A stretch of 32,652 nt of DNA from a virus (taxonomy: Duplodnaviria; Caudoviricetes). Within the stretch, counting starts at the first letter, position 1; every line of letters starts with the position of its first letter. A program made the position numbers and the translations under genes. The stretch is from positions 1-32,652 of the IMG/VR virus record IMGVR_UViG_3300017700_000501; one strand, given 5' to 3'. The notes beneath the pieces are model-generated. The model worked only from the letters and a program-made list of their open reading frames with translations. It did not search any database and had not been told where the DNA came from. Below, in pieces: positions 8,535-16,822 of the stretch.

Positions 8535-8575
8535 AGCTGCGCCTCGAGCTCGAGTGTCTGCTGATCGTGGATCAT
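8531..8575 (-). CDS. 14-aa micro-ORF MIHDQQTLELEAQL
   Basis: RBS GAAAGG upstream; its stop overlaps the GTG at 8534. Confidence 0.4.
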   Translation of the reverse strand: MIHDQQTLELEAQL

Positions 8576-8604
8576 GTCGACTACCTTTCGTCGGTGGTGG
8601 TGAC

Positions 8605-8634
8605 GCGCCGCCGGGTTCCCTGTCCCGGCGGCGC
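8605..8634. terminator. Perfect 11-bp stem-loop
   Basis: gcgccgccggg-8 nt-cccggcggcgc just after the stop at 8649; a T-run follows nearby on the + strand. Confidence 0.6.
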
Positions 8635-8648
8635 CTCCATTTTTCGGG

Positions 8649-9014
8649 TCAGTGCTCGCCGGCCATCGACGCGAGGATCAGTCGCACCGAGCCGAGCTCA
8701 GCCTGTCGGACATGCGAGGCGAACAGCGCCGCGCTCGCACCCTCGAACGCGGGTCGGGCCCGGTTCACTGTGTGCAGCAGCAGCATTGCGTCGGCCACCA
8801 CGAGCACCGAGGCGACAGCGGTCGCACCGCACACTCGGCCGGCGGCGAGGATCGTGGATCGGTCGACCTCGAGTGCGGTCGCGAGCTCGTCGAGTGTCGG
8901 CGCGATCCCGCTGCAGCGCGAGGCGAGCTCGAGCTCGACCTCGAGCTCGGTGGTGCGCTCGACGATCCTTGCCGGTGTCCGGTCGTCGGTCGGGTCTGTC
9001 GGGTCTGTGGTCAT
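8649..9014 (-). CDS. Hypothetical protein
   Basis: ATG at 9014 with ACAGGAG RBS. Confidence 0.65.
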   Translation of the reverse strand: MTTDPTDPTDDRTPARIVERTTELEVELELASRCSGIAPTLDELATALEVDRSTILAAGRVCGATAVASVLVVADAMLLLHTVNRARPAFEGASAALFASHVRQAELGSVRLILASMAGEH

Positions 9015-9217
9015 CGGTGGTGCTCCTGTGGTGGTGGTGGTCAGATCGGGCCGCGCATAACGCGGCTGTCGGTGTACTGCCGGATACGTCGACCCGGTGC
9101 GCCCTCGGCTGAGAACACTCGAACGAGGATCGGACCGAGCGGGAGTGCGAGAGCAAGTGCGAGCAGCTGTGTCATGCCAGATACATCGGCGCGTTTCGCC
9201 GGCACCTTGAGCGCGAA

Positions 9218-10042
9218 TCACAGCGGGCCTCGACCGGTGTCGGGCTCACCCGGTTCGGGCTCGGTCTCGAGCCGGGTGCCCGACCCGGTTCCGTACCCGG
9301 TCCGACCCGATCCCGGCCCGTCTCGCGCGTCACGCGAGGCAATCACCGGGTCCGTACCTGCTTTTTCACCCGGTACAGCAGCCGGTTCAGAGCCGGTACG
9401 TATCGGCTCGGGCGGCGGGTTGAGCACCATCTGCGCCTGAGCGGGAGTCCGGTCGCGCTTGCGCCCGTTGCAGGTCCGGCACGCGACGACACAGTTGCCG
9501 ACCGAGTTGATCCAGTCGAACGGGTCTACGTGGTCGATGGTGCCGGCAGTCGGCGACGTGTGATCGTTCGTCCAATGTGTGAGGGTGCCGCAGTAGCGGC
9601 ACAGGTCGCGGTCGCGAGACCTCACCCGGCCTTTGATGTCCTTGCCTTTTTCGGTCCGGTTGAGTTGGTGCCGACGCCGGTTCCTCTTGCGTTCTACGGG
9701 GTCGTTCTTGCCGGCCTTCGACAGCTGGTAATCGTTCCAATCGTGGAAGTAGTGCCACCGAGCAGGTATGCCGCCGTCGGTCGCATCCATGCACCGATCA
9801 CACGACCGGATCGACCTCGAGTCATGCCACAGACCCGAGCGCACGAGCGCCCGCGTCGCCGGGCGCGTGTCGACCTGAGCGAGAGCCGCGTAGTAATCGA
9901 GCATGTCGGGATCGACCCGGCCGTCGGTGTCGACCGACGCGCATTTCGGGCCCGCGGTGTGCCACAACGCTCGAGCATCCTTGCCGGCGCGGATCATCTT
10001 CGGGTGATCCGGTGCACCGTCGTCGACTCGGAACCACGTCAC
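9218..10042 (-). CDS. Replication initiator-like protein fused to an HNH domain
   Basis: N-terminal WFRVDD..PDHPK..AG..A.ALW...DG.V and FHDWNDYQ as in actinophage Rep-like proteins; then RDRDLCRYCG...TIDHVDP...NCVVACRTCNGRK. Confidence 0.75.
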   Translation of the reverse strand: MTWFRVDDGAPDHPKMIRAGKDARALWHTAGPKCASVDTDGRVDPDMLDYYAALAQVDTRPATRALVRSGLWHDSRSIRSCDRCMDATDGGIPARWHYFHDWNDYQLSKAGKNDPVERKRNRRRHQLNRTEKGKDIKGRVRSRDRDLCRYCGTLTHWTNDHTSPTAGTIDHVDPFDWINSVGNCVVACRTCNGRKRDRTPAQAQMVLNPPPEPIRTGSEPAAVPGEKAGTDPVIASRDARDGPGSGRTGYGTGSGTRLETEPEPGEPDTGRGPL

Positions 10043-10365
10043 CGCGGCAGCCTTGCACTCGGGAACGTCGCGCAGTCCTGCACCTCGACCACAACGAGCG
10101 AGCTCCTCGAGCACGCGGTGCATGTGCACACAGCTGTTGTGCGGCGCCCGCTGTCGTGCGGTGGTGACCCGGTGACGAGCTCGAGGTGCCCGCCGCACAG
10201 CGGGCACGTCAGATCGAACCACAGTGCGAGCTCGCGGGTCGCGAGCTCGGCGCGCGCCAGCTGCTCGGCCGACTCGCGTTCGTCGGCGACACCGCAGTGA
10301 TACGCGCAGCGCACACCTCGGCCGATGCACTCGGCGCAGTCGGCACCGATCGTGACCGCGTTCAC
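10039..10365 (-). CDS. Zinc-finger protein
   Basis: CAEC, CAYHC, CPLCGG, CTAC motifs. Confidence 0.6.
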   Translation of the reverse strand: MNAVTIGADCAECIGRGVRCAYHCGVADERESAEQLARAELATRELALWFDLTCPLCGGHLELVTGSPPHDSGRRTTAVCTCTACSRSSLVVVEVQDCATFPSARLPR

Positions 10366-11603
10366 GAGAACAGCCTCGGCGCCGCGTCGTCGTCGACACC
10401 CTCGAGCAGCCGGGCCGCGAGCTCGGCCACACCGGCAGCAGCCTCGAGCTCACCCTCGACTAGAGGTTGAGCGATCGGCTCGAACGGTGGTCGACCCTCG
10501 ACCACAGGTTGAGACTCGGCCGACGGGTTGAGGTCGACCTCGAGAAACATGCCGACACGCTGCCGGGCGAGCTCGACGTTCCGCTCGTCGAGGTCGATCG
10601 ACACCGAGTCGCGGCTGTGACCCGACGCGACCGCGGCTGTCGTGCCCGACCCACCGAACGGGTCGAGCACCACCCCCGGCCGATAGCTCGAGTGTCCACA
10701 GTCGGACCACCCGAGCGTCGTCCGGGTGACGGTGTAGCTCGAGCCCATCGGGCCGGCGCCGACTGTCCGCATCCGGGCCCGGCCGGCACCCTCGGTCACG
10801 TCGTCGAATGTGCGGGTGCTGTCGACAACACGTCGGCGCGGTTCACCGCACACGGTGCAGACCTCACGCGGGCACAGCGACCTGATCGGCACGTCGAGCA
10901 GCTTGCGCGGCCACGTCGCGTAGTGCGACCCGGTGTAGGACTCGGGCGAGACCGTCCACCAATCGAGCGGTGGTGACACCACGTCAGACCCGGGCCGCTG
11001 CTCGAGCACCGCGTCGAGGTCGAACCACCGGTCGGGCGCCCTCGTCGCGATCGTGATGTACGAGCTCGCCGGCCGGTACTTGTCGCCGAGCCGGCCGACA
11101 CCCGGGTTCGTCCGGGTCCACACGACCACGTTTCGCACGATCCACCGCCCGGCCGGCGAGGGTGCCCCGGTCAGCAGGTTGCGCCCGTACGCGAGCGACA
11201 GCCAATAGAGGTGCGGGACACCGGTCAGCGACTTGTCGAGCGGCCACTCGCCAGCCCGGCGCGCCGGCGCGGTCGCCTTCCCCTGACCATCGCGCAGCCC
11301 GCCGACCGAGTAGTCGCCACCGGGCCCACCGCTACCCGCGTACGTGTCGCCGAGCTCGACAGCGATCGACCCGTGCGGTGCGAGCGGCCGGGCCCATAGC
11401 GCAGTGAGGTCGAGCAGCGTCTCGAGGAACTCGGCCGGCGACTGTTCGGTGCCGACCTCGGCACCCTTGTCCGGGTGATCCGCTGGCAGGTACGAGCGCA
11501 GCGCGAGGAACGGCGGCGAGGTGAGCACGAGGTCGACCGAATCATCGGGCAGCACAGCGCACACGGCGCGCGTGTCGCCGACTAGATAGCGGGCGGTGGT
11601 CAT
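10362..11603 (-). CDS. Beta-class amino (m4C/m6A) DNA methyltransferase
   Basis: Catalytic motif IV LTSPPF precedes SAM motif VVLDPFGGSGTT; also HYATWP and a Cys-rich insert; strong RBS; no cognate restriction nuclease recognised. Confidence 0.9.
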   Translation of the reverse strand: MTTARYLVGDTRAVCAVLPDDSVDLVLTSPPFLALRSYLPADHPDKGAEVGTEQSPAEFLETLLDLTALWARPLAPHGSIAVELGDTYAGSGGPGGDYSVGGLRDGQGKATAPARRAGEWPLDKSLTGVPHLYWLSLAYGRNLLTGAPSPAGRWIVRNVVVWTRTNPGVGRLGDKYRPASSYITIATRAPDRWFDLDAVLEQRPGSDVVSPPLDWWTVSPESYTGSHYATWPRKLLDVPIRSLCPREVCTVCGEPRRRVVDSTRTFDDVTEGAGRARMRTVGAGPMGSSYTVTRTTLGWSDCGHSSYRPGVVLDPFGGSGTTAAVASGHSRDSVSIDLDERNVELARQRVGMFLEVDLNPSAESQPVVEGRPPFEPIAQPLVEGELEAAAGVAELAARLLEGVDDDAAPRLFS

Positions 11604-11636
11604 TGGTGGTGGTCTCCCTGTTGGTGGTGGTGGTGG

Positions 11637-11945
11637 TTACTCGGGTAGCGGTGGGCCCACGAGCAGCCCGAGCCGGCGCGCTGCGCCGGTGTAGTCGTCG
11701 TGAATCCATCGGTGATGAGCTCGGGACACTGCGAGCAGATTCTCGAGCGTGTCGGGCCCACCGTTGCCGGTCGGCCACTTGTGGTGAGGGTGCTCGGCCT
11801 TGCCGTTGCAGTCCTCGAGCTCGTGCACGTAGCACGCCTCGCACCGGCCGGCGCAGCGCGCCTCGAGCAGCGGTCGTAGCCGCGCCATCGCTCGCTGTCT
11901 GATCCGGCCTCGCCGGCCGACGCTGCGCAGCGGTGTGCGCTTCAT
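11637..11945 (-). CDS. HNH endonuclease
   Basis: MKRTPLR start; RCEAC...HHK...NLLAVSRAHHRWIH. Confidence 0.8.
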   Translation of the reverse strand: MKRTPLRSVGRRGRIRQRAMARLRPLLEARCAGRCEACYVHELEDCNGKAEHPHHKWPTGNGGPDTLENLLAVSRAHHRWIHDDYTGAARRLGLLVGPPLPE

Positions 11946-12079
11946 CGTTCGCCGGCCTTGAGCCCGGCCCACAGACCGCCGAACAACAGCACGAACGCGA
12001 ACACGATCCAGCCGAGCAGGATCGACGCGGCAGCACCGATCATGCACAACGCCCACGTGAACCACAGGAACCGGGTCAC
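11942..12079 (-). CDS. Small membrane protein
   Basis: 45 aa, hydrophobic throughout; overlaps on both sides. Confidence 0.6.
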   Translation of the reverse strand: MTRFLWFTWALCMIGAAASILLGWIVFAFVLLFGGLWAGLKAGER

Positions 12080-12831
12080 CTCGGCTGCCACGCGAGGATC
12101 GCCTGCCCCTGCACCTCGGTCAGCTTGGACGCCTGCAGCTGCCAGCCCTGCGACTCGATCCACGTGTCGAGCATCTCCGCGTCGCCCTCGTCGAGCTCGG
12201 CGCGGTGGGCCACGAGCGCAGCGAACGTGTCGTCGGTGCACTCGAGCTCGTCGACGCGCTGCTGCAGATCGGCGAGCTCGTCGGTGTCGTCGTCCTCGAG
12301 CTCGTCGGCCGAGTACACCCCGACCATCACGTCGGGCGCGTGCCGGCGCATCGCCCGCGACGTTGCTCGAGCCACGAGCATGTCCTCGGGATTCTTGCGC
12401 CAATTGTCTTTGGACAGCAGCCGCGCGGTCTCCGCGTCGGCGAGCGTGTACGTCGCCGAGCGCGAGGTGCCGTCGCGGGTGATCGTCACTGTCGCCTCGC
12501 CGGCACCGGCCTCGACCTCGAGTCGGTAGCCCGCGCGGATCGCTAGAGCTCGCTGCATCGTTGCGTCGATCACCGCCCGGCCCGCGTAGAACGACACCGA
12601 CTGCAGTGTCGTCAGCAGATCGACACCGCGCGCCTCGGCCCATTGCATCGCGACGAGCACAGCACCGGGTTTCCCGCGGTACGCGTGCGGGATCACGTCG
12701 CCGGCAGCAGCGACGAGCGTCGCGAACTCGATCTGTGTCTCGAGCTCGGACGGTGCCGAGGTCGGGCCCGGTGCCGGTGCCGGCGTCGAGCGCGGACCTG
12801 TGCGTGATCTGAGTAGGTGATGATCAGCCAT
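12076..12831 (-). CDS. RecT-like single-strand annealing protein
   Basis: IPHAYRGKPGAVLVA, YTLADAETARL..KDNWRKNPEDMLVARA...APDVMVG; adjacent to a YqaJ exonuclease. Confidence 0.8.
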   Translation of the reverse strand: MADHHLLRSRTGPRSTPAPAPGPTSAPSELETQIEFATLVAAAGDVIPHAYRGKPGAVLVAMQWAEARGVDLLTTLQSVSFYAGRAVIDATMQRALAIRAGYRLEVEAGAGEATVTITRDGTSRSATYTLADAETARLLSKDNWRKNPEDMLVARATSRAMRRHAPDVMVGVYSADELEDDDTDELADLQQRVDELECTDDTFAALVAHRAELDEGDAEMLDTWIESQGWQLQASKLTEVQGQAILAWQPR

Positions 12832-13834
12832 CGGTGCTGTCCCCCTTGTGGTCGGTCAGGATCGTCAGTCGCCGGCCACCGGCCGGGCGCCGCGCAGCCT
12901 CGTACACCGCGGGCTGCCCGACCTTGAACCGGTCGAGGTCGAGCACCCGTTTCGTGTACTCGGGGAACTCGGCCACGAGCTCGGCCGAGGTCGCCGCCGG
13001 AATCTTGCGCTGACCGGGTGACAGTTTCACGAGCGCGCCACCGGCCCGAGCGACTGTCGCTGTGCCCATCGCAGCGCGCAGCACAGCCTCGAGCCGGTCG
13101 GCCTCGGCCTCGGCAGCCTCGAGCGCCGCGCGCATGTCAGCGAGTCGGTGCACCTCGTCGGCGAGGTCGTCGAGGTCGAGCTCGAGCCCGACAACACCTG
13201 CACCCGACAGCTGTTTCACGAGCGGCAGCGAGCTCGCAGTCGGCGCAGGTAGCTCACCCGCGACGAACGCTGACCACAGCTGTTCGGCGAGCTCGAGTAG
13301 CTCGGCCTGCCGGTACGGGTCAGCCTCGACGATCGTCAGGAACAGCGCAGTACACCGGTCGGTCGAATCGTCGATCACAGCCTCGGCAATGATCCCCGCG
13401 CGGGCCTCGGTGACGAGCAGCTGCCACTGCACCTGATCGCGCCACCGCGCCCGGTTCGGTCGCACGTCGACCCCGCGGGTTTTCACCTCGAGCACACCGA
13501 TCACCTCGTCGCGGGTCGCCTCGTGGAACTCGGCGAGGAACCCGTCGACTGTCGCGCGCCACCGGTCGTCGAGCTCGTGTTCGGCGCACGCCTCCTCGCC
13601 GAGCACATGCCACCCGGTCAGCGCGTGCACCGCGTCGGCGATCGCCTCCTGCCACCGGTGCCCGCGCGTCATCTGCGCGGTCTCCTCGGTTGCCGGCACG
13701 AGCTCGAGCTTGTTCGCGACGACTGCGTACGCGCCGCCGTACGTGTCGTTCGCAGCGTCGGCGACATCGGTCGCGGTGATGCCGGCGCGGCGCCACGCGT
13801 GCCACTCCTCGTCGGTCATGTTGTCAGCGGTCAT
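12824..13834 (-). CDS. YqaJ/RecE-like exonuclease
   Basis: WHAWRRAGITATD, RGHRWQ, ATVDG, LEVKT, QVQWQL motifs. Confidence 0.85.
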   Translation of the reverse strand: MTADNMTDEEWHAWRRAGITATDVADAANDTYGGAYAVVANKLELVPATEETAQMTRGHRWQEAIADAVHALTGWHVLGEEACAEHELDDRWRATVDGFLAEFHEATRDEVIGVLEVKTRGVDVRPNRARWRDQVQWQLLVTEARAGIIAEAVIDDSTDRCTALFLTIVEADPYRQAELLELAEQLWSAFVAGELPAPTASSLPLVKQLSGAGVVGLELDLDDLADEVHRLADMRAALEAAEAEADRLEAVLRAAMGTATVARAGGALVKLSPGQRKIPAATSAELVAEFPEYTKRVLDLDRFKVGQPAVYEAARRPAGGRRLTILTDHKGDSTDG

Positions 13835-14079
13835 CGGGTCGCGACCTCGCCGCCGACGGCGAGCTCGAGCGCCGGCCACCGGGTGACCGGGGTCGACACG
13901 AACTCGCGACCACCGGCCTGCAGCCGGAACCCGAACAGCGTGTGTTCGGCGAGCTCGACAGGCAGGTGATCGACCTCGCCCGGCACGCGGATCGCGTGCA
14001 CACCCGGGCGCAGCTGCGCAGCTGCAGCTGTCGGGTCGGCGAACGCTGTGCGGATCGGTTCGGTGGTGGTGCGTGTCAT
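13831..14079 (-). CDS. Hypothetical protein
   Basis: ATG at 14079 with ACAGGAG RBS; overlaps the next start. Confidence 0.65.
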   Translation of the reverse strand: MTRTTTEPIRTAFADPTAAAAQLRPGVHAIRVPGEVDHLPVELAEHTLFGFRLQAGGREFVSTPVTRWPALELAVGGEVATR

Positions 14080-14192
14080 CGGTGGTGCTCCTGTGGTGGT
14101 GGGCGGGTACGGCCACGCTGCCGGCGCGGTGGGCGGGAAGGGTACCGACGCGAGAGAACTCGAGCGTCGGCGGCGCCGGCAGCGCAGCGCGC

Positions 14193-14435
14193 TCAATCGG
14201 CGAGGTCGCCGACAGTGATAGTCGGCGGCTGCCGGCGACGAATGTTGTCGAGGTGCCAGCGTCGGACGGTCTCCGGCGACAGCATTCCGCGTGACACGTC
14301 GAGCTCGGTCTCGAGGATCGACGCGACCTCGGGCCACGATCGGCCGTCGTCCCGAGCCTGAGCGATCCGGGCCTCGAGCTCGTGGTCGAGGAGCGAGTCG
14401 GCGAGTGCGTATGCGAGTGATCCTGCGAGCGCCAT
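14193..14435 (-). CDS. Small helix-turn-helix regulator
   Basis: ARDDGRSWPEVASIL...SPETVRRW; leaderless -10 upstream. Confidence 0.7.
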   Translation of the reverse strand: MALAGSLAYALADSLLDHELEARIAQARDDGRSWPEVASILETELDVSRGMLSPETVRRWHLDNIRRRQPPTITVGDLAD

Positions 14436-14442
14436 GCCGGCG

Positions 14443-14493
14443 ACGATACCCACACCGACCGACACATGCCACACCTTGTGGCACATTTTGTGC
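14443..14493 (-). promoter_or_regulatory. Promoter with operator-like palindromes
   Basis: TATCGT (14443-14448) lies 7 nt before the ATG; TGCCACA-cct-TGTGGCA (14467-14483) and GCACA-ttt-TGTGC (14481-14493). Confidence 0.6.
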
Positions 14494-14637
14494 TGTGGGC
14501 TCAATCTGCGAGCTCGAGCTCGAGGCGAATCGGCCCGGTGCTCGCACGTGAGCACGCCTCTCGCACGCGAACCGGGGTCACAGCACCACCCGGCACACCC
14601 CGGGCCCGTAGAACGCCTCACACGAGCCCACACGCGG

Positions 14638-14674
14638 ACCGACTCGAGCTCGGTCACCTCGAGCTCGAGTCGGT
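14638..14674. terminator. Perfect 15-bp stem-loop after the lysis module
   Basis: accgactcgagctcg-gtcacct-cgagctcgagtcggt. Confidence 0.6.
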
Positions 14675-14706
14675 GTCACGCCTGCCGGAACCCCCGTTAC
14701 AGCAGA

Positions 14707-14865
14707 TCAACGCTCGAAAGGATCGACCTCGAGCTCGAGCGTCACGAACTCGGCGCCGTCGCTGAGCTCCACCACGTCACTGTCGCGGATGAGCTCGAGC
14801 GACACAGCCACGAGCTCGCCGTCGACCTCGGTCCGGCGCACCCGGCCGAGGAACGAATAGGTCAC
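14707..14865 (-). CDS. Hypothetical protein
   Basis: 52 aa; GTG overlaps the holin stop. Confidence 0.5.
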   Translation of the reverse strand: MTYSFLGRVRRTEVDGELVAVSLELIRDSDVVELSDGAEFVTLELEVDPFER

Positions 14866-15119
14866 CCGGTACCGCGCACGTCGTTGAGCCCGTTCTGCAG
14901 CGCCGACACGAGGATCACCGCGCAGCCGGCGATCCCACCGGCAGCGAGCGCGGTCTCGGTGTCGATCGGCAGCAGCGCGACAGCTGCCGGCACAGCAGCA
15001 CCGACAGCGATCACTACCTGACAGATCGTGCGGACGAGCCGGCGCGCAGGTCCGGGCGGTGCCGGCGTCGGCCGGACCGGGCCCGGCGAGGTCGGCGGAA
15101 TCGGGTTGTACTCGGTCAT
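14862..15119 (-). CDS. Holin
   Basis: RRLVRTICQ followed by two TM helices and LQN; directly after the endolysin; RBS GGAGG. Confidence 0.7.
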   Translation of the reverse strand: MTEYNPIPPTSPGPVRPTPAPPGPARRLVRTICQVVIAVGAAVPAAVALLPIDTETALAAGGIAGCAVILVSALQNGLNDVRGTG

Positions 15120-15136
15120 GTGCTGAGCCTCCTGTG

Positions 15137-15955
15137 TCACCGCGCGACGCGGGTTGTCGTGAGCAGATCGGCCGACAGCTTGCGCCGGCGGATCGCCTCG
15201 GCCGAGGTCTCGCCGGCAGGTGCAGCAGCGTCGGACATGTCGGTGATGCCACCGCACAGGAACGCATACGTGTTGATGCGCTCGAGGTTGTCGGTGTGCG
15301 TCGGCCCGTAGTTCAGCGGCACGCGCAGCACACCGTCGTACAGCATGACCTCGCCGGTCGTGTGTCGAATCACCTTCATCGGTTGCACTCCTGTCTCGGG
15401 CGGTGTCGCCGGGCCGGCGAGCTCGAGCCGCACACGTTCGATTATCTCGGGCACCTGAGCCTTGCGCGCAGCACCCGGACACGACTTCGCGACCGGGGTC
15501 CAGTCCGACGGCGCACCGAACAGCGTGTGATACCCGATACCCGGGTCGCTCGGTGTGCGGCACAGCCGCGGCGGAATGCTGTAGGTCCGGCACACGTAGA
15601 CACACGCGCCGACTATTTCGTCGACCTGATGCGTGGTCCACGGTGTGCGCTCGACAGTCGCCGCGCCCATGTCCTCGGTCTCGATCGACACTGCACCGGT
15701 GCCGTCCGGGCGCCGGTTCGCCTTCCGGTTCGCGTCGGCACTGTGGTCGAGCGGGATCAGCTGCCAGCGCGGCCCGAGAAACGGCACGATGTACGTCGAC
15801 TCGAGGTCGGACCTGTCGCGGAAGAACGAGAACGCGCCCTCGGCTGAACCGACGATCGTGTGCAGGATGATCTGCGTCGGCGACATGCCGGGCTGTCGGT
15901 ACGCCTCGGGCAGCGGGCGCCAGATCGCACCGGGGTCGATCGCCGGATCAGTCAC
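15137..15955 (-). CDS. Endolysin, N-acetylmuramoyl-L-alanine amidase (Amidase_2-like)
   Basis: IILHTIVG, SIETED, IGYH and KSCPG zinc-ligand motifs; start position approximate. Confidence 0.85.
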   Translation of the reverse strand: MTDPAIDPGAIWRPLPEAYRQPGMSPTQIILHTIVGSAEGAFSFFRDRSDLESTYIVPFLGPRWQLIPLDHSADANRKANRRPDGTGAVSIETEDMGAATVERTPWTTHQVDEIVGACVYVCRTYSIPPRLCRTPSDPGIGYHTLFGAPSDWTPVAKSCPGAARKAQVPEIIERVRLELAGPATPPETGVQPMKVIRHTTGEVMLYDGVLRVPLNYGPTHTDNLERINTYAFLCGGITDMSDAAAPAGETSAEAIRRRKLSADLLTTTRVAR

Positions 15956-16280
15956 GATCGCCACCACCGGCGACAGCGCCGGCCTCGAGCACACCGAGGC
16001 GATTGTCGACACGCTGCAGCGTTTCGTGTGTGCGCGACTGCCCACGCTCGAGCTCGGCGAGCCGCTGATCCTGCCCGGTCTGACCGTTGAGAATCTTCTC
16101 GAGCATCTCGACCACGTTGCCCTTGCCGTTCGGTGTGCCGATCCTGTCCTGCGTCACCTGTGCAGTGTCGACCGCAGCCTCGCCGACCTTGCGGGTGCGG
16201 CGAGTCGACACGACCACCGGCACAGTGCCGGCGGCGACGATCCCGAGCGCAGCGATCAGAGCGACGAGAACCTCGGTCAT
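15948..16280 (-). CDS. Membrane/coiled-coil lysis-region protein
   Basis: N-terminal TM helix and C-terminal coiled coil; located just before the endolysin. Confidence 0.7.
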   Translation of the reverse strand: MTEVLVALIAALGIVAAGTVPVVVSTRRTRKVGEAAVDTAQVTQDRIGTPNGKGNVVEMLEKILNGQTGQDQRLAELERGQSRTHETLQRVDNRLGVLEAGAVAGGGDRD

Positions 16281-16810
16281 ACGATCGCCACCAATCGCAT
16301 TGCGACTCGACCTCCCATGTTGAGCGCACCGCCCGACGCCTGATACCCCTGCACCCTCACCACGTCACCGGCGGCGAGGAGTAGCTCGCCCACGATCGGC
16401 ACATAGGACGCGAGCCCGGTCGCCGGTGTCTGAAACGCGCAGGTCCGCAGCGTGTCGGCACCGTTGACAGTGATGCGGGCGAGCCTGATCCCGGTCGCGT
16501 TCGCAGCGAATGCGATCCGGCCCGAGAACCCGTACCACCCGCCGAGCCCGGTCGGTATCACGATCTGATCGTTGTTCGTCACGTTGTCGTGGTACGCGTC
16601 GGTGTCGCGTTCGTCGGTGCCGTTGAACGCGACCGACGTGAATGTCGTGTTGCCTGCGCTCGCGTCGCTCGAGGTGACGACAACACACCCGGCCGGCCGG
16701 GCGAGGTACTCGAGCCCATCGCGCACCGCGTCGCCCCACGCTGCCGGCGGTGAGGTGCCGGTCGACGGGTTGTGGATCGTGTTCGGATCTACATACGGGG
16801 TCGTCGTCAT
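16277..16810 (-). CDS. Minor tail protein
   Basis: Beta-sandwich pattern (IVIPTGLGGWY...LAAGDVVRVQGYQ); follows the tail genes. Confidence 0.7.
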   Translation of the reverse strand: MTTTPYVDPNTIHNPSTGTSPPAAWGDAVRDGLEYLARPAGCVVVTSSDASAGNTTFTSVAFNGTDERDTDAYHDNVTNNDQIVIPTGLGGWYGFSGRIAFAANATGIRLARITVNGADTLRTCAFQTPATGLASYVPIVGELLLAAGDVVRVQGYQASGGALNMGGRVAMRLVAIV

Positions 16811-16822
16811 CGGGTGCCCACT

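Noticed and set aside
1202-10518. 25-bp repeat pair as DGR template/variable repeats or attL/attR
   Set aside because: No reverse transcriptase or integrase is present, the repeat is too short for a DGR, and there are no A-specific mismatches.
10362-11945. MTase plus adjacent HNH as a type II restriction-modification pair
   Set aside because: The HNH is a ~100-aa generic phage type with no evident specificity domain. Adjacency alone is insufficient, though it is not formally excluded.
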